DNA of 64,000 bases from a bacterium. GTDB taxonomy: Bacteria > Patescibacteriota > Microgenomatia > Daviesbacterales > UBA10151. Made by a program: the position numbers and the translations under genes. The stretch's first letter is position 1. Each line of letters opens with the position of its first letter. The notes under the pieces were generated by a model that had not been told where the DNA came from, searched no databases, and saw only the letters and a list, made by a program, of their open reading frames with translations. Shown in pieces: positions 17,901 through 26,844 of the stretch. The DNA lies in NCBI GenBank assembly GCA_021786105.1, contig JAJYNW010000006.1:1-64000 (forward strand), in the 5' to 3' direction.

Positions 17901-19435
17901 TGATTGAAATTCTGCCTATCAGATTACTAACTCCGGAGGATGCCCGGATATTCGGCAGCCTCAACGTGGCTTTGGCAAAGCTGTCAAGGTTCGGACTTGC
18001 TGTCGGAAACGGAATAGTAATTACCCCTCCGCAATTTAAGCTAAGAGTGGTTTTGGAGCATTTTGACTTTGGGACAAAAGAGGTTTTTGAGCAAACCCTG
18101 ACTCTTGTCAAAAAAGAAATAAATTCGATTCCACTGCCAGAGGTTTTAATCAAAGAAACCGGTAAACAGCAACAATTTTTATTAAATGGAGAAAGGATTA
18201 AGTCGGTTAAGGGTTTATGGTTGGTTTTGCTGCATGTTTGGTTTGAGCAGATTAAAGGCCGGCTTTGGGACAGCGGTTTTTATCAAAGTATTACAGAAGA
18301 TTTAGATCCGCAGGCGGTAATTTTTGTTAAAAAACTGGAAAGTTTAGGGTTTGCTCACTTTGATCCTTTGCAGGATGATGTGGAGATTTCAGTCAATCAT
18401 GGGAAATTACACCCAAACGACCAAAAGAAAATATTTGATATGGTTCAGCTGGCCAATAAAAAATTGTTTATTCCTCACCGGTATGAATGGATTTTAGACG
18501 GAGGCGTAAAGTTGGTGGGTGTAAAGCCTTATGCTTTTCCCGCTATCATTCCTGATTCTTTTTCTGTCATTGCGAGGAGCGGAGCAACGAAGCAATCTTC
18601 AACGGAGCGGGAGGATTGCCACGCTATCGCTCGCGATGACAAAAAAATTTCTGCTGTTAAAGTTTTTTTTGAATTATCTAAGGGATTTGCCGCTCAAGAA
18701 AATATTGACGGAATATACCTGGATTCGGGAAAAATCTTTGATTTAAACAAACCCCGGGAATCATTTGAGGAGTTGGTTTTGAAACTGGTGGGGTCTGCCA
18801 ATGATTTCCCCGGTTCCCCCATACTTTTTAAACTGGCTGACAAATCAGAAGGCATGGGTAAAGTGCGCGGAACTTTACGGTTGCTTCACCAAAGCAGTCT
18901 GTTTGAACCGCTGACGGAGGCTTTAGATTTTGTCCGTCACAAAAAGGGATTTACCAATATCCATATAGTTATTCCTTTTGTCAGAGGAGTGAATGAGTTG
19001 TTGCAAATCAAAAGGGAGCTGGCGGTTAAGAAATTGGCCCGGAAAAATTCTTTGGGACTTTGGATGGAGGTAAGTACACCGGAAAATATCGTGAATCTGG
19101 AGGATTATTTATTGGCCGGGATTGACGGGGTAGTTTTAAACTTGGATGAACTAATTTCTTACCTGAATGGTTTTAATTCAGCGGAAGGGGAATTGGCTTT
19201 TTATAAACAAGAGGTGGAAGGGTTATTAAAGTTTTTGGAAGACGGGATCAGGTTGCTGCATAAATCAAAAATCCCTTTTATAGCTTATGGCAGTTTAGCC
19301 CTTTATCCAAAAGTGTTGGAATTTTTGGTGGAAAAAGGAGTTTGGGGGATTGTGGTGGAAAGGTATGATGCCCACTCGGCCAAGGATTTATTAAATCAAA
19401 CCGAAAGAAGAATAGTTTTAAGAAAAACGGAATAA
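17900..19435 (+). CDS. Divergent PEP synthase / PEP-utilising enzyme-like protein
   Basis: N-terminus resembles PPDK_N start; IPFVR and MEVSTPEN of the TIM barrel. Confidence 0.65.
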   Translation: MIEILPIRLLTPEDARIFGSLNVALAKLSRFGLAVGNGIVITPPQFKLRVVLEHFDFGTKEVFEQTLTLVKKEINSIPLPEVLIKETGKQQQFLLNGERIKSVKGLWLVLLHVWFEQIKGRLWDSGFYQSITEDLDPQAVIFVKKLESLGFAHFDPLQDDVEISVNHGKLHPNDQKKIFDMVQLANKKLFIPHRYEWILDGGVKLVGVKPYAFPAIIPDSFSVIARSGATKQSSTEREDCHAIARDDKKISAVKVFFELSKGFAAQENIDGIYLDSGKIFDLNKPRESFEELVLKLVGSANDFPGSPILFKLADKSEGMGKVRGTLRLLHQSSLFEPLTEALDFVRHKKGFTNIHIVIPFVRGVNELLQIKRELAVKKLARKNSLGLWMEVSTPENIVNLEDYLLAGIDGVVLNLDELISYLNGFNSAEGELAFYKQEVEGLLKFLEDGIRLLHKSKIPFIAYGSLALYPKVLEFLVEKGVWGIVVERYDAHSAKDLLNQTERRIVLRKTE

Positions 19436-20092
19436 TAAGATGTATTCCCCTTTGGGGTTTTTGAGGGTTTCCAGCCATTTTGATATTAATTTTGATTCTA
19501 CGCTTTGGTGGATTTTGGTTAACTCATGGGCTAAAACTATTTCAATATCCCCAAAAACTTGTCTTATATCCTCTAAAGTTCTTAACAATTTGTGGGGTGA
19601 AATAAAAAATATATAAGTAGCTTTTAGATTCCCATTATGCTCGCGGTCGAGAATGTTTTGGAAAAGATTGATTCTGTGCCCTGGTTTTTCTGAGGGGTAG
19701 CCTAAGAATATGAATTTATCTGGTGGCAAGCCAGATAGGGTGAGGGCTGTAATAACAGAAGAAGGGCCAGGTAAGGAATCAACCTGGATGTCTTGTTGTA
19801 AGCATTCCCTGACTAATTTATAACCAGGATCAGAAATTAAGGGAGTGCCGGCATCAGAAACTAAGGCCAGATTTTCTTCTGCTTTTAGTCTGTCTATTAT
19901 GGAAGGAAAAACTTTCGCTTCATTGTAGTCGTTTAAAATGATTAAGGGTTTTTGGATATGATAGTGGTTTAATAACAGTGAAGTCCTTCTGGTGTCTTCA
20001 CAAATTATTCCGTCAACTGACTCAAGGGTTTCCAAAGCCCTTAAAGTAATATCTTTTAAATTGCCAATCGGTGTTGGTACAATGAATAACAT
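19418..20092 (-). CDS. rsmI: 16S rRNA (C1402-2'-O) methyltransferase
   Basis: MLFIVPTPIGNLKDIT, CEDTR, SDAGTPLISDPG, ELTKIH. Confidence 0.95.
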   Translation of the reverse strand: MLFIVPTPIGNLKDITLRALETLESVDGIICEDTRRTSLLLNHYHIQKPLIILNDYNEAKVFPSIIDRLKAEENLALVSDAGTPLISDPGYKLVRECLQQDIQVDSLPGPSSVITALTLSGLPPDKFIFLGYPSEKPGHRINLFQNILDREHNGNLKATYIFFISPHKLLRTLEDIRQVFGDIEIVLAHELTKIHQSVESKLISKWLETLKNPKGEYILLFRFS

Positions 20093-20699
20093 GCTTGAAA
20101 GCATAGCAAATTGGGTGATAAATGTCATCTCGACCATGGGTTATCCTGGCATTGTCCTAACTATGGCCATTGAGTCGGCTTTAATTCCTCTTCCTTCGGA
20201 AATCATTATGCCTTTTTCCGGTTTTTTAGCATCTGTCGGTAAATTTGATTTGAATCTGGTAGCTTTAATGGGAGCTATTGGTAATGTAACCGGATCCTTG
20301 GTGGCTTATGGTATTGGTTACTATGGCCATGAAAAATTAGTCAGGAGGTTTATCAGGAAATTTGGGAAATGGATTCTGGTTTCGGAAAAGGAACTGGATG
20401 AGACTGAGAAATTACTCAATAAATATAATGGTTTAGTAGTTTTAGGGAGTAGGGTAATTCCGGGAGTCAGGACGGTAATTTCTTTGCCCTGTGGGTTTGC
20501 GAAGCTTCCTTTAGGCAGGTTTATTGCGTTAACATTTATTGGCTCATTGATTTGGTCATACCTATTGGCTTGGATTGGGTTTACTTTGGGCCAAAACTGG
20601 CAGGCCCTTGGTCCGTACTTTCATAAACTGGATGCAGTAATAGTGGTGTTAATTATTGGTGCAATCGGCTTCTATATTTACCACAAAATTAAGAAATAA
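20091..20699 (+). CDS. dedA: DedA family membrane protein
   Basis: ESALIPLPSE, RVIPGVRTVISLPCG. Confidence 0.92.
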   Translation: MLESIANWVINVISTMGYPGIVLTMAIESALIPLPSEIIMPFSGFLASVGKFDLNLVALMGAIGNVTGSLVAYGIGYYGHEKLVRRFIRKFGKWILVSEKELDETEKLLNKYNGLVVLGSRVIPGVRTVISLPCGFAKLPLGRFIALTFIGSLIWSYLLAWIGFTLGQNWQALGPYFHKLDAVIVVLIIGAIGFYIYHKIKK

Positions 20700-20793
20700 A
20701 TTTATCTTTTAGAATTCTTACTAACTTCTTACTTTATTGTTATTTTTTAGATATAGAGTGATGTTGATAATAAATATTGACAAGGAGGAAGAT

Positions 20794-21000
20794 ATGACTC
20801 AAACTAAAATTAAAGGACTTAAAATGGATAAAGCAAAGATAATGAAGGATTTATTTGGGGGTTTAAAAACTTCTGCAGAACCTTTTAAGCTAGAAGGAAA
20901 TACGGTTAGTAAAGAAAAATTTAGAGAGTTAGCTGGAGAAGTAAAAGAAATATTGAAAGATGAAGAATGTGAACGGAGCTCCTCCTTATTCTCAGTTTGA
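20794..21000 (+). CDS. Small protein, candidate antitoxin
   Basis: SD AAGGAGG; overlaps the start of a PIN gene; TTCTTAC boxes at 20704-20732. Confidence 0.55.
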   Translation: MTQTKIKGLKMDKAKIMKDLFGGLKTSAEPFKLEGNTVSKEKFRELAGEVKEILKDEECERSSSLFSV

Positions 21001-21516
21001 TTTTATTGAACTGTATCATATTTTTTTAGATACCAATGTTTTTATTGATGCATCAAAAACCCGGATCCGTTCTTAGATCTTTTTGATTATTTAAAACAAA
21101 AAGATAATTTAATACTTACTACTAGCAGCGTTGCGCTGGAGTTTTTAAGAGGCAGTAGATCTGTAAAAGAATTCGAGAAGAAGAAAAACTTCATGCTTAG
21201 TCTCATGAATTACAGTATTTATACTATACCTAAAGATGCAGAAGATTGCGCTTTAGAGCTTGCATTAGTTTATCAGTTAGCTGGCGGTAATATTGATATT
21301 ACAGATTTTTATCTTGCTGCATTACTGAAGAATTTTAAATTAGGTAGAAAGATTTTAGTAATAAGCAAAGATCACAGAGCTTTCCCTACAAGTATTTATG
21401 ATAGAAAAGAAACTTTTATAGTAGAAAACGAAACCGACGTACAAGTCTTTGGATTTTATAGTTTTAATGAAAACAAATACCAAAAGGTTCTTGATAAGAT
21501 AATTGTAGTGAAATGA
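20960..21516 (+). pseudogene. PIN-domain (VapC-like) nuclease, frameshifted at A5 run 21055-21059
   Basis: IFLDTNVFIDA in the first frame; ALEFLRG and DITDFYLAA in the -1 frame. Confidence 0.75.
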
Positions 21517-21525
21517 TATTACAAA

Positions 21526-22143
21526 TTATTGAAACCTGCGGATCACACCGACGCATTTGCCCTGGATTTTGACATCAGTGGCATAAATGGGGGACATGGC
21601 GGCATTGGCTGGTTCTAATCTGATCCGGTCTTTTTCCTTGAAAAATCTTTTTAAGGTGGCTAAGCCATTATCCAAAAGCGCCACCACGATATCGCCATCC
21701 CGGGCAGTATTTTGTTCTTCAATGATGACATAATCACCGTCCAAAATCCCATCTTCAATCATAGAGTTGCCTTTAACCTGCAAAACATAAGAACGCTTTT
21801 TGCCGGAAATCATATTGGGAGCAACTTTAACAGTGGCATCAGGATCAGTAAAAGGCAGAATTGGTGAACCGGCGGCAATAAAGCCCAGAACCGGCAGTTC
21901 AATCCCTTTCAAAGAAGAAGAGATTTTTTGGTCTAAAACTTCAATGCCCCGGACTGCCCCTTCAAATCTTTTAATCACGCCTTTTTGGGCTAAAGCCTGC
22001 AGGTGTTCGTGAACCGTAGCCAAGGAGGAAACGCCAATGGCTTCGGCAATTTCTCCTAAGGTAGGCGAGTAGCTGTATTTATCAATGTATTGCTTGATAA
22101 AATCCAGGATTTGCTTTTGGCGGCGGTAAAGGGTTATTGGCAT
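21526..22143 (-). CDS. lexA: SOS repressor LexA
   Basis: HTH SPTLGEIA; IAAG cleavage site; GNSM and TLK catalytic dyad. Confidence 0.97.
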   Translation of the reverse strand: MPITLYRRQKQILDFIKQYIDKYSYSPTLGEIAEAIGVSSLATVHEHLQALAQKGVIKRFEGAVRGIEVLDQKISSSLKGIELPVLGFIAAGSPILPFTDPDATVKVAPNMISGKKRSYVLQVKGNSMIEDGILDGDYVIIEEQNTARDGDIVVALLDNGLATLKRFFKEKDRIRLEPANAAMSPIYATDVKIQGKCVGVIRRFQ

Positions 22144-22155
22144 ATAATCAAATTA

Positions 22156-22170
22156 CCAAGAAAACCCGAA
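22156..22170 (-). promoter_or_regulatory. Candidate LexA box in the lexA promoter spacer
   Basis: TTCGGGTTTTCTTGG between TTGACA and TAATTT. Confidence 0.7.
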
Positions 22171-22559
22171 GGTGTCAATACTGCAGTTTAAGGTCTGTGC
22201 CCGATGATGAGGTTGCTAAGAAGCAAATTGTTGGTGTTTTTCTTGGAAACTTTGGAAATATCCAGTTTTGGCTCATCAATGGGAGCTGTCCAAAGGGTAA
22301 ATAAGGCACCGAAGATTGAATCCTCAAAGATTTGTTTAATTTTAGGACTAAGTTTGACCCTGCTCATCTGCTCTTACTCAGTTGAAGGGTAGGTCCAAGA
22401 AATTTTAGGCAGATATATATTTAAATTTTGATCTCCTGGTTATTCTTGGTAATCTCTGGCAGGAAATCCTATCAGGTATTTTCCTACCCTCAAACCTGAG
22501 CTTGAACGTATTCTAAACTTTGAAAATAAGAAGAAGAATAAAATAATGTAATAATTATG

Positions 22560-23831
22560 TCAGAACATATATTGGTGGTTGCGGGAGTGCAGCAGGGCAG
22601 GGATCATTTTTGAATCAAGGTGATTGATTTTATCAATCAGGCTAAAGTCTTTTGGATCGGAAAATGGGATCTGTATGCGTTCCCCGATATCTTTATTCCA
22701 GAATCTGAACCATCTTTTTTCCGGCATGCCCAGGCTGGCAAATAAATGCGGGAAAAATTTATCTCCGATGATGTATATAACATCATCCCGGATTTCCTGA
22801 ACTTGCGGGGAAAGTAAATTATGGTGACCGGAATCTAGAAGATGGAATTCTTCCTTCACGATCTCCCTTTGTATGCGATCAAGCTTTATTTCTCCCCTAT
22901 CGTCAAGTTCCAGTATTAACCAGGCATTTTGCCGGGCGCTTTCAGTGGCTGTATAAAGGGTGCCAAAGCTTATAGGGTAATCTGCCATTTTCTGAAGCGC
23001 TTCCTCGGTTACTTCTATATTCATATCTTGATCCAGCCATTGACCGATTTCTTTCGGTGTGGCATCCGGAGGTAACTTCGATCTTTTACTTAACCTGCGG
23101 GCTTCTGATTTGGCATCGGTCAGCAGCGCATAAACAGTGACATTCTTTGGATTCTCGGAACAAAGATGTTTTATGAGAGTGAAGCCCCGGTTGGATCCTA
23201 AGTAAGAATAACCGTTTGATGTTCTTGAGGTAACATCTGAAACGCCGGAAGCGGTCATGGCGGGGAAATCAAGTGCCGTAATGCCAATATGGTTTCTGTC
23301 TATGGTCGGCATCAGACTGCCTGGTTGCATTCCGTTTTTGGCTATTTCAACGGCCGGGAATCCAACATTGGTGATGATGTCAAAATCATCAGGAGACCAC
23401 CTGCCCAGTTCTTTGGATTCTACCAGATTAGATCCTTCTGCTGTCCGGATCATATTGATAAAAAGCAGCCGGTAATAAACGAGCACTTGCCGAGAGTTTC
23501 TTGAACCGGGATAGGGTACAATCCAGTCTTGATTATCGACTTCTTCCATAGATGGTTCCATAAGAGCGTAGATAAAATTGTTCATGAACTGATTTAAGGT
23601 ATCGGTTTTTCCCCAGGCTGGGGCGCCGATAGAAACAACAAAGTTCATTTTTCCGCGGGGAGGTGTTTGGACCCGGTTAAAGAGATCCTGAAAGAGTTCG
23701 GTAAATTGCGGGTCAGATCTTCCTTCCTTATTAGTAAAAGGTTTCAAGTAGTTCAGGATTTCTGCTCCCGGAGACATATCCCATATAGCATACATGGCCG
23801 GTGTTTGCTCCGGGCGGAAGCCATAGTTCAT
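22560..23831 (-). CDS. Hypothetical protein with a Walker A-like motif
   Basis: VVSIGAPAWGKT; ATGA-coupled to the kinase. Confidence 0.65.
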   Translation of the reverse strand: MNYGFRPEQTPAMYAIWDMSPGAEILNYLKPFTNKEGRSDPQFTELFQDLFNRVQTPPRGKMNFVVSIGAPAWGKTDTLNQFMNNFIYALMEPSMEEVDNQDWIVPYPGSRNSRQVLVYYRLLFINMIRTAEGSNLVESKELGRWSPDDFDIITNVGFPAVEIAKNGMQPGSLMPTIDRNHIGITALDFPAMTASGVSDVTSRTSNGYSYLGSNRGFTLIKHLCSENPKNVTVYALLTDAKSEARRLSKRSKLPPDATPKEIGQWLDQDMNIEVTEEALQKMADYPISFGTLYTATESARQNAWLILELDDRGEIKLDRIQREIVKEEFHLLDSGHHNLLSPQVQEIRDDVIYIIGDKFFPHLFASLGMPEKRWFRFWNKDIGERIQIPFSDPKDFSLIDKINHLDSKMIPALLHSRNHQYMF

Positions 23832-24988
23832 ATTTTTGCTTTTGCTAATTGTACTTCTACCAAAGTTCCTTTGCCAGGATGTGATTTAATTTTAATTGAG
23901 CCTCGGTGTTTTTCAATAATACTTTTACACAAGAATAATCCCAGCCCCATTCCTTTAGAGGTGTCGTCCTCCTTTTTGTAGTAGCCTTCAAAGACCTTTG
24001 GTAAATCTTTTTTGCTAATTCCTTTACCCTGATCAATAACCCGCAAAACATAATTATGAGGTTTGGAGTCCAGGCGGATGGTGATCTGGGTATCCGGTGA
24101 GGAAAATTTAGCCGCATTCTCCAAAAGATTGTTAAGAACTTGTAATAGTTTGTCAAAATCCCCAATAATTTTATCATTTGGATTGTTAAGGAGATCTTCA
24201 AATATAATTTTTCTGTCCGGGTAGTTTAATTTAATTTTTTGAATTGCCATGTAGATAATTTCTTTCAAAGAACATTCCCTAAAAACGTACTGCAGTTCTC
24301 CTGACTTAATACGCTCGATTTCCAAAAGTTCTTTAATTAAAAGAGTCAGATGATAACTTTCCGCATGCAGAAATTTAATCCATTTTGCTTCTGTGTTATT
24401 TCTTCCACTGCTTTTGGTATTTAGAAGCTGAGTGTAGCCAAAAATAGTGGCTACAGGGGTACGTAGCTCGTGTGCTGCCAAAGAAATAAACAAATCTCTG
24501 TTTTTCAAAGCTTTCCTTGTCTCATCATAAAGCTGCGTCTTTCTGATTGCCATAGAGGCCATGGAGGCAAACAGGCTTAAGATTTTTAGCTTATCATTAT
24601 TAAAATGCTTCTCTTTACATGATAATACAGTTAAGACTCCAATAGACTTCTTGTGGTATGACAAAGGAATAATCATGGTAGATTTCATCCCTGCAGCTTC
24701 TAGCTGGGGATGAATTTTAACCATCTTTTCTATTTTAGTGATTAAAGGTTTATGGCTTGTATAAGCTTGATATACAAAACCTTTTTTACGTTGTTTAAAA
24801 GAATATAAGACAGCAGATGTAGCATATACTCTTTTAAGCTTTTTTCCTTGCTTTAAGAATATAGAAGCATCATCAGCCTGCACTAATTTTTTGGCCTCTT
24901 TGCCTACTATTGCATAAGTTTCCTCCGGGGTTAGCGGTTCCAGAAGCTTTAATCCTGATTTATAGATTTCCTCAAGAATATTTTCCAT
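23828..24988 (-). CDS. Cytoplasmic GAF-domain histidine kinase, paralog of 7037..8212
   Basis: HELRTP, NLLENAAKF, DQGKG, GMGLGL; MENILEEIYKSG aligns with MDNTLEAIYQSG. Confidence 0.92.
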   Translation of the reverse strand: MENILEEIYKSGLKLLEPLTPEETYAIVGKEAKKLVQADDASIFLKQGKKLKRVYATSAVLYSFKQRKKGFVYQAYTSHKPLITKIEKMVKIHPQLEAAGMKSTMIIPLSYHKKSIGVLTVLSCKEKHFNNDKLKILSLFASMASMAIRKTQLYDETRKALKNRDLFISLAAHELRTPVATIFGYTQLLNTKSSGRNNTEAKWIKFLHAESYHLTLLIKELLEIERIKSGELQYVFRECSLKEIIYMAIQKIKLNYPDRKIIFEDLLNNPNDKIIGDFDKLLQVLNNLLENAAKFSSPDTQITIRLDSKPHNYVLRVIDQGKGISKKDLPKVFEGYYKKEDDTSKGMGLGLFLCKSIIEKHRGSIKIKSHPGKGTLVEVQLAKAKI

Positions 24989-25052
24989 GGAGTGCTCGCT
25001 GAAGGAATAATAATAACAGGTCTTGAGGTTATTGCAATACAAAAACCTAATC

Positions 25053-25081
25053 TTCTTACATATTTCTTACTGAATTCTTAT
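25053..25081 (+). promoter_or_regulatory. Triple TTCTTAC box
   Basis: TTCTTAC-atat-TTCTTAC-tgaa-TTCTTAT. Confidence 0.75.
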
Positions 25082-25150
25082 AGGATTTTGTAGTATCTCT
25101 CTTTATTGTTGTTTCATAAGGAACCTAGCCCAAGTGGTTAGGTTTTTATT

Positions 25151-25945
25151 ATGCCGGAAGGCGAACTAAGAGAATTACCAAAGTTAGGGATTGATTTTGA
25201 TGGGACGATGGTGAATGTCATCGGTCCTTTTGTGCTTTGGTTGCGGTCAACTTATCCCAATAAGTTTACTAAAGCCCAGTATTTAAATAAAAATCCTGAT
25301 GCCTCAGACCAGAAACAGCGTGATTACTCGGAGGTCAGGAGAGTTTTCATGACGGATCCTAAACGCATACCGGACCTGTCTTTTTACCGGGGAGTTTTGC
25401 AAGCTCTGCCGTTATTGAAGAGAGATTTCTCCGAAATCTATATCAATTCTTTAAGGTGGACGGACCCGGATCCCGAAAAAGACCAAGAATCTTCCATAAG
25501 AGGACTTTTAAGAGAGAATCATAGCTCTGAATATATCTCGGGAATTCTTTTAAGGAAAACCAGGGATGACAGAAAATGGGAGGTTAAGCTGGAGAATACA
25601 CAAGAGTTCGGTATCAGCTATATGGTGGAAGATGATTCAAAGATAGCGCTGCGTCTTGCAAAATACCTGGAAGGAATTGTTTTGATTAGGAGACCCTGGA
25701 ATAAACACGAACCTAATAATCCGGGCTATGACCTTGCTAACCGCGAAAATTTAATAATATGCAGGGGGCTTTGGGATTTTGCGATGGGGGTTTATTTAGC
25801 CGGTTCTGTGGAAGAGTTTTTTGTAGAACATGCAGAAGGTTTAAAAGATCCCGTAAATCTTTATACTGTTTACCAGGCGCCGGTTCCCGCAGAAACGTGG
25901 ATATCCCTCACCGTATCCAGAGAGTTAGTTTCCTCATCTTCTTAG
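25151..25945 (+). CDS. HAD-superfamily protein, 5'(3')-deoxyribonucleotidase-like
   Basis: GIDFDGT, MVEDD, RPWN. Confidence 0.75.
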   Translation: MPEGELRELPKLGIDFDGTMVNVIGPFVLWLRSTYPNKFTKAQYLNKNPDASDQKQRDYSEVRRVFMTDPKRIPDLSFYRGVLQALPLLKRDFSEIYINSLRWTDPDPEKDQESSIRGLLRENHSSEYISGILLRKTRDDRKWEVKLENTQEFGISYMVEDDSKIALRLAKYLEGIVLIRRPWNKHEPNNPGYDLANRENLIICRGLWDFAMGVYLAGSVEEFFVEHAEGLKDPVNLYTVYQAPVPAETWISLTVSRELVSSSS

Positions 25946-26187
25946 TTTAGATATCTTGTAGTATTAATCAATTTTTTGTTACATGAATTGTTAAAAACAA
26001 AGGGTTGACAAGATCTAAAAAAGGGCTTATAAAAGAAATTGTAAGGTTTTTTTGAATTTTTCCTGCCCCGATATCAATGAATTCTCAATCTTTAAATATT
26101 AATAATCAAAATTATTCAGACCAGCTGTTTAGAGCTGGTTTTTTATTGGAAAAAACATTTAAATTCTAGGGAAAGGGGGTGAAAAAA

Positions 26188-26778
26188 ATGGGAAAAATAA
26201 TTTCAGGTTTATTAGGTTTGGTAATGGTAGTGGCAGTAGTTTCCGGCACAGCTTATGCTGTATTTTCAGATCAAGTACAAGTAAGTGGTGTAACTTTGTC
26301 TACCGGTAATGCTGATTTACAAATTTGGGATGGAGATGGATGGCAAGAGAGTCTGTCATCAGCACTATTTACCGGTAACACTTACCCGGGTTGGCAGCAA
26401 GGTCAATATTTTGCTTTGCAAAATAATAGCGCTTCAAACATCGGATTGGATGTTACCGCTAGATTGACCAGTGCACCGTCCGGTAACTGGGGATTGCTCA
26501 GCCCGATAGTCCAGGTAGCAGTGGTTCAGTATGATAGTCAAGCTGCTGCATTGGCTGCTGTTGCCGCCAACAACCCCGGTCTTGGTGGAGTAGATGCTAG
26601 TACAGGATGGCAGACTTTAGCCGCATGGAATGCAAGTCCGATAGCTATTAGTACTAATTTGTTGAAGGGTGCACAGGGTGATTTTGTGATTTGGGGAAAG
26701 ATTCCCTCAGATGCAGGTAACTCTATTGCAAACCAGTCGCTTACGACTGATTGGGTGTTAATCGGTACTCAGCATTAA
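26188..26778 (+). CDS. TasA/camelysin-like protein with SipW-type signal peptide
   Basis: GTAYA|VFSDQVQVSGVTLSTGNADL; PG motif; followed by sipW (alternative start 26179). Confidence 0.8.
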   Translation: MGKIISGLLGLVMVVAVVSGTAYAVFSDQVQVSGVTLSTGNADLQIWDGDGWQESLSSALFTGNTYPGWQQGQYFALQNNSASNIGLDVTARLTSAPSGNWGLLSPIVQVAVVQYDSQAAALAAVAANNPGLGGVDASTGWQTLAAWNASPIAISTNLLKGAQGDFVIWGKIPSDAGNSIANQSLTTDWVLIGTQH

Positions 26779-26844
26779 TAAAGGTTTGAGTGCTTACTGA
26801 TGGCATAAGGCAACTTGTGCTGTCAGATAAGGATTTAACTTTTT

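Noticed and set aside
22188-22520. Minus-strand frame with two in-frame stops and a 59-aa ORF
   Set aside because: No recognisable motif or start signal; possibly a decayed gene
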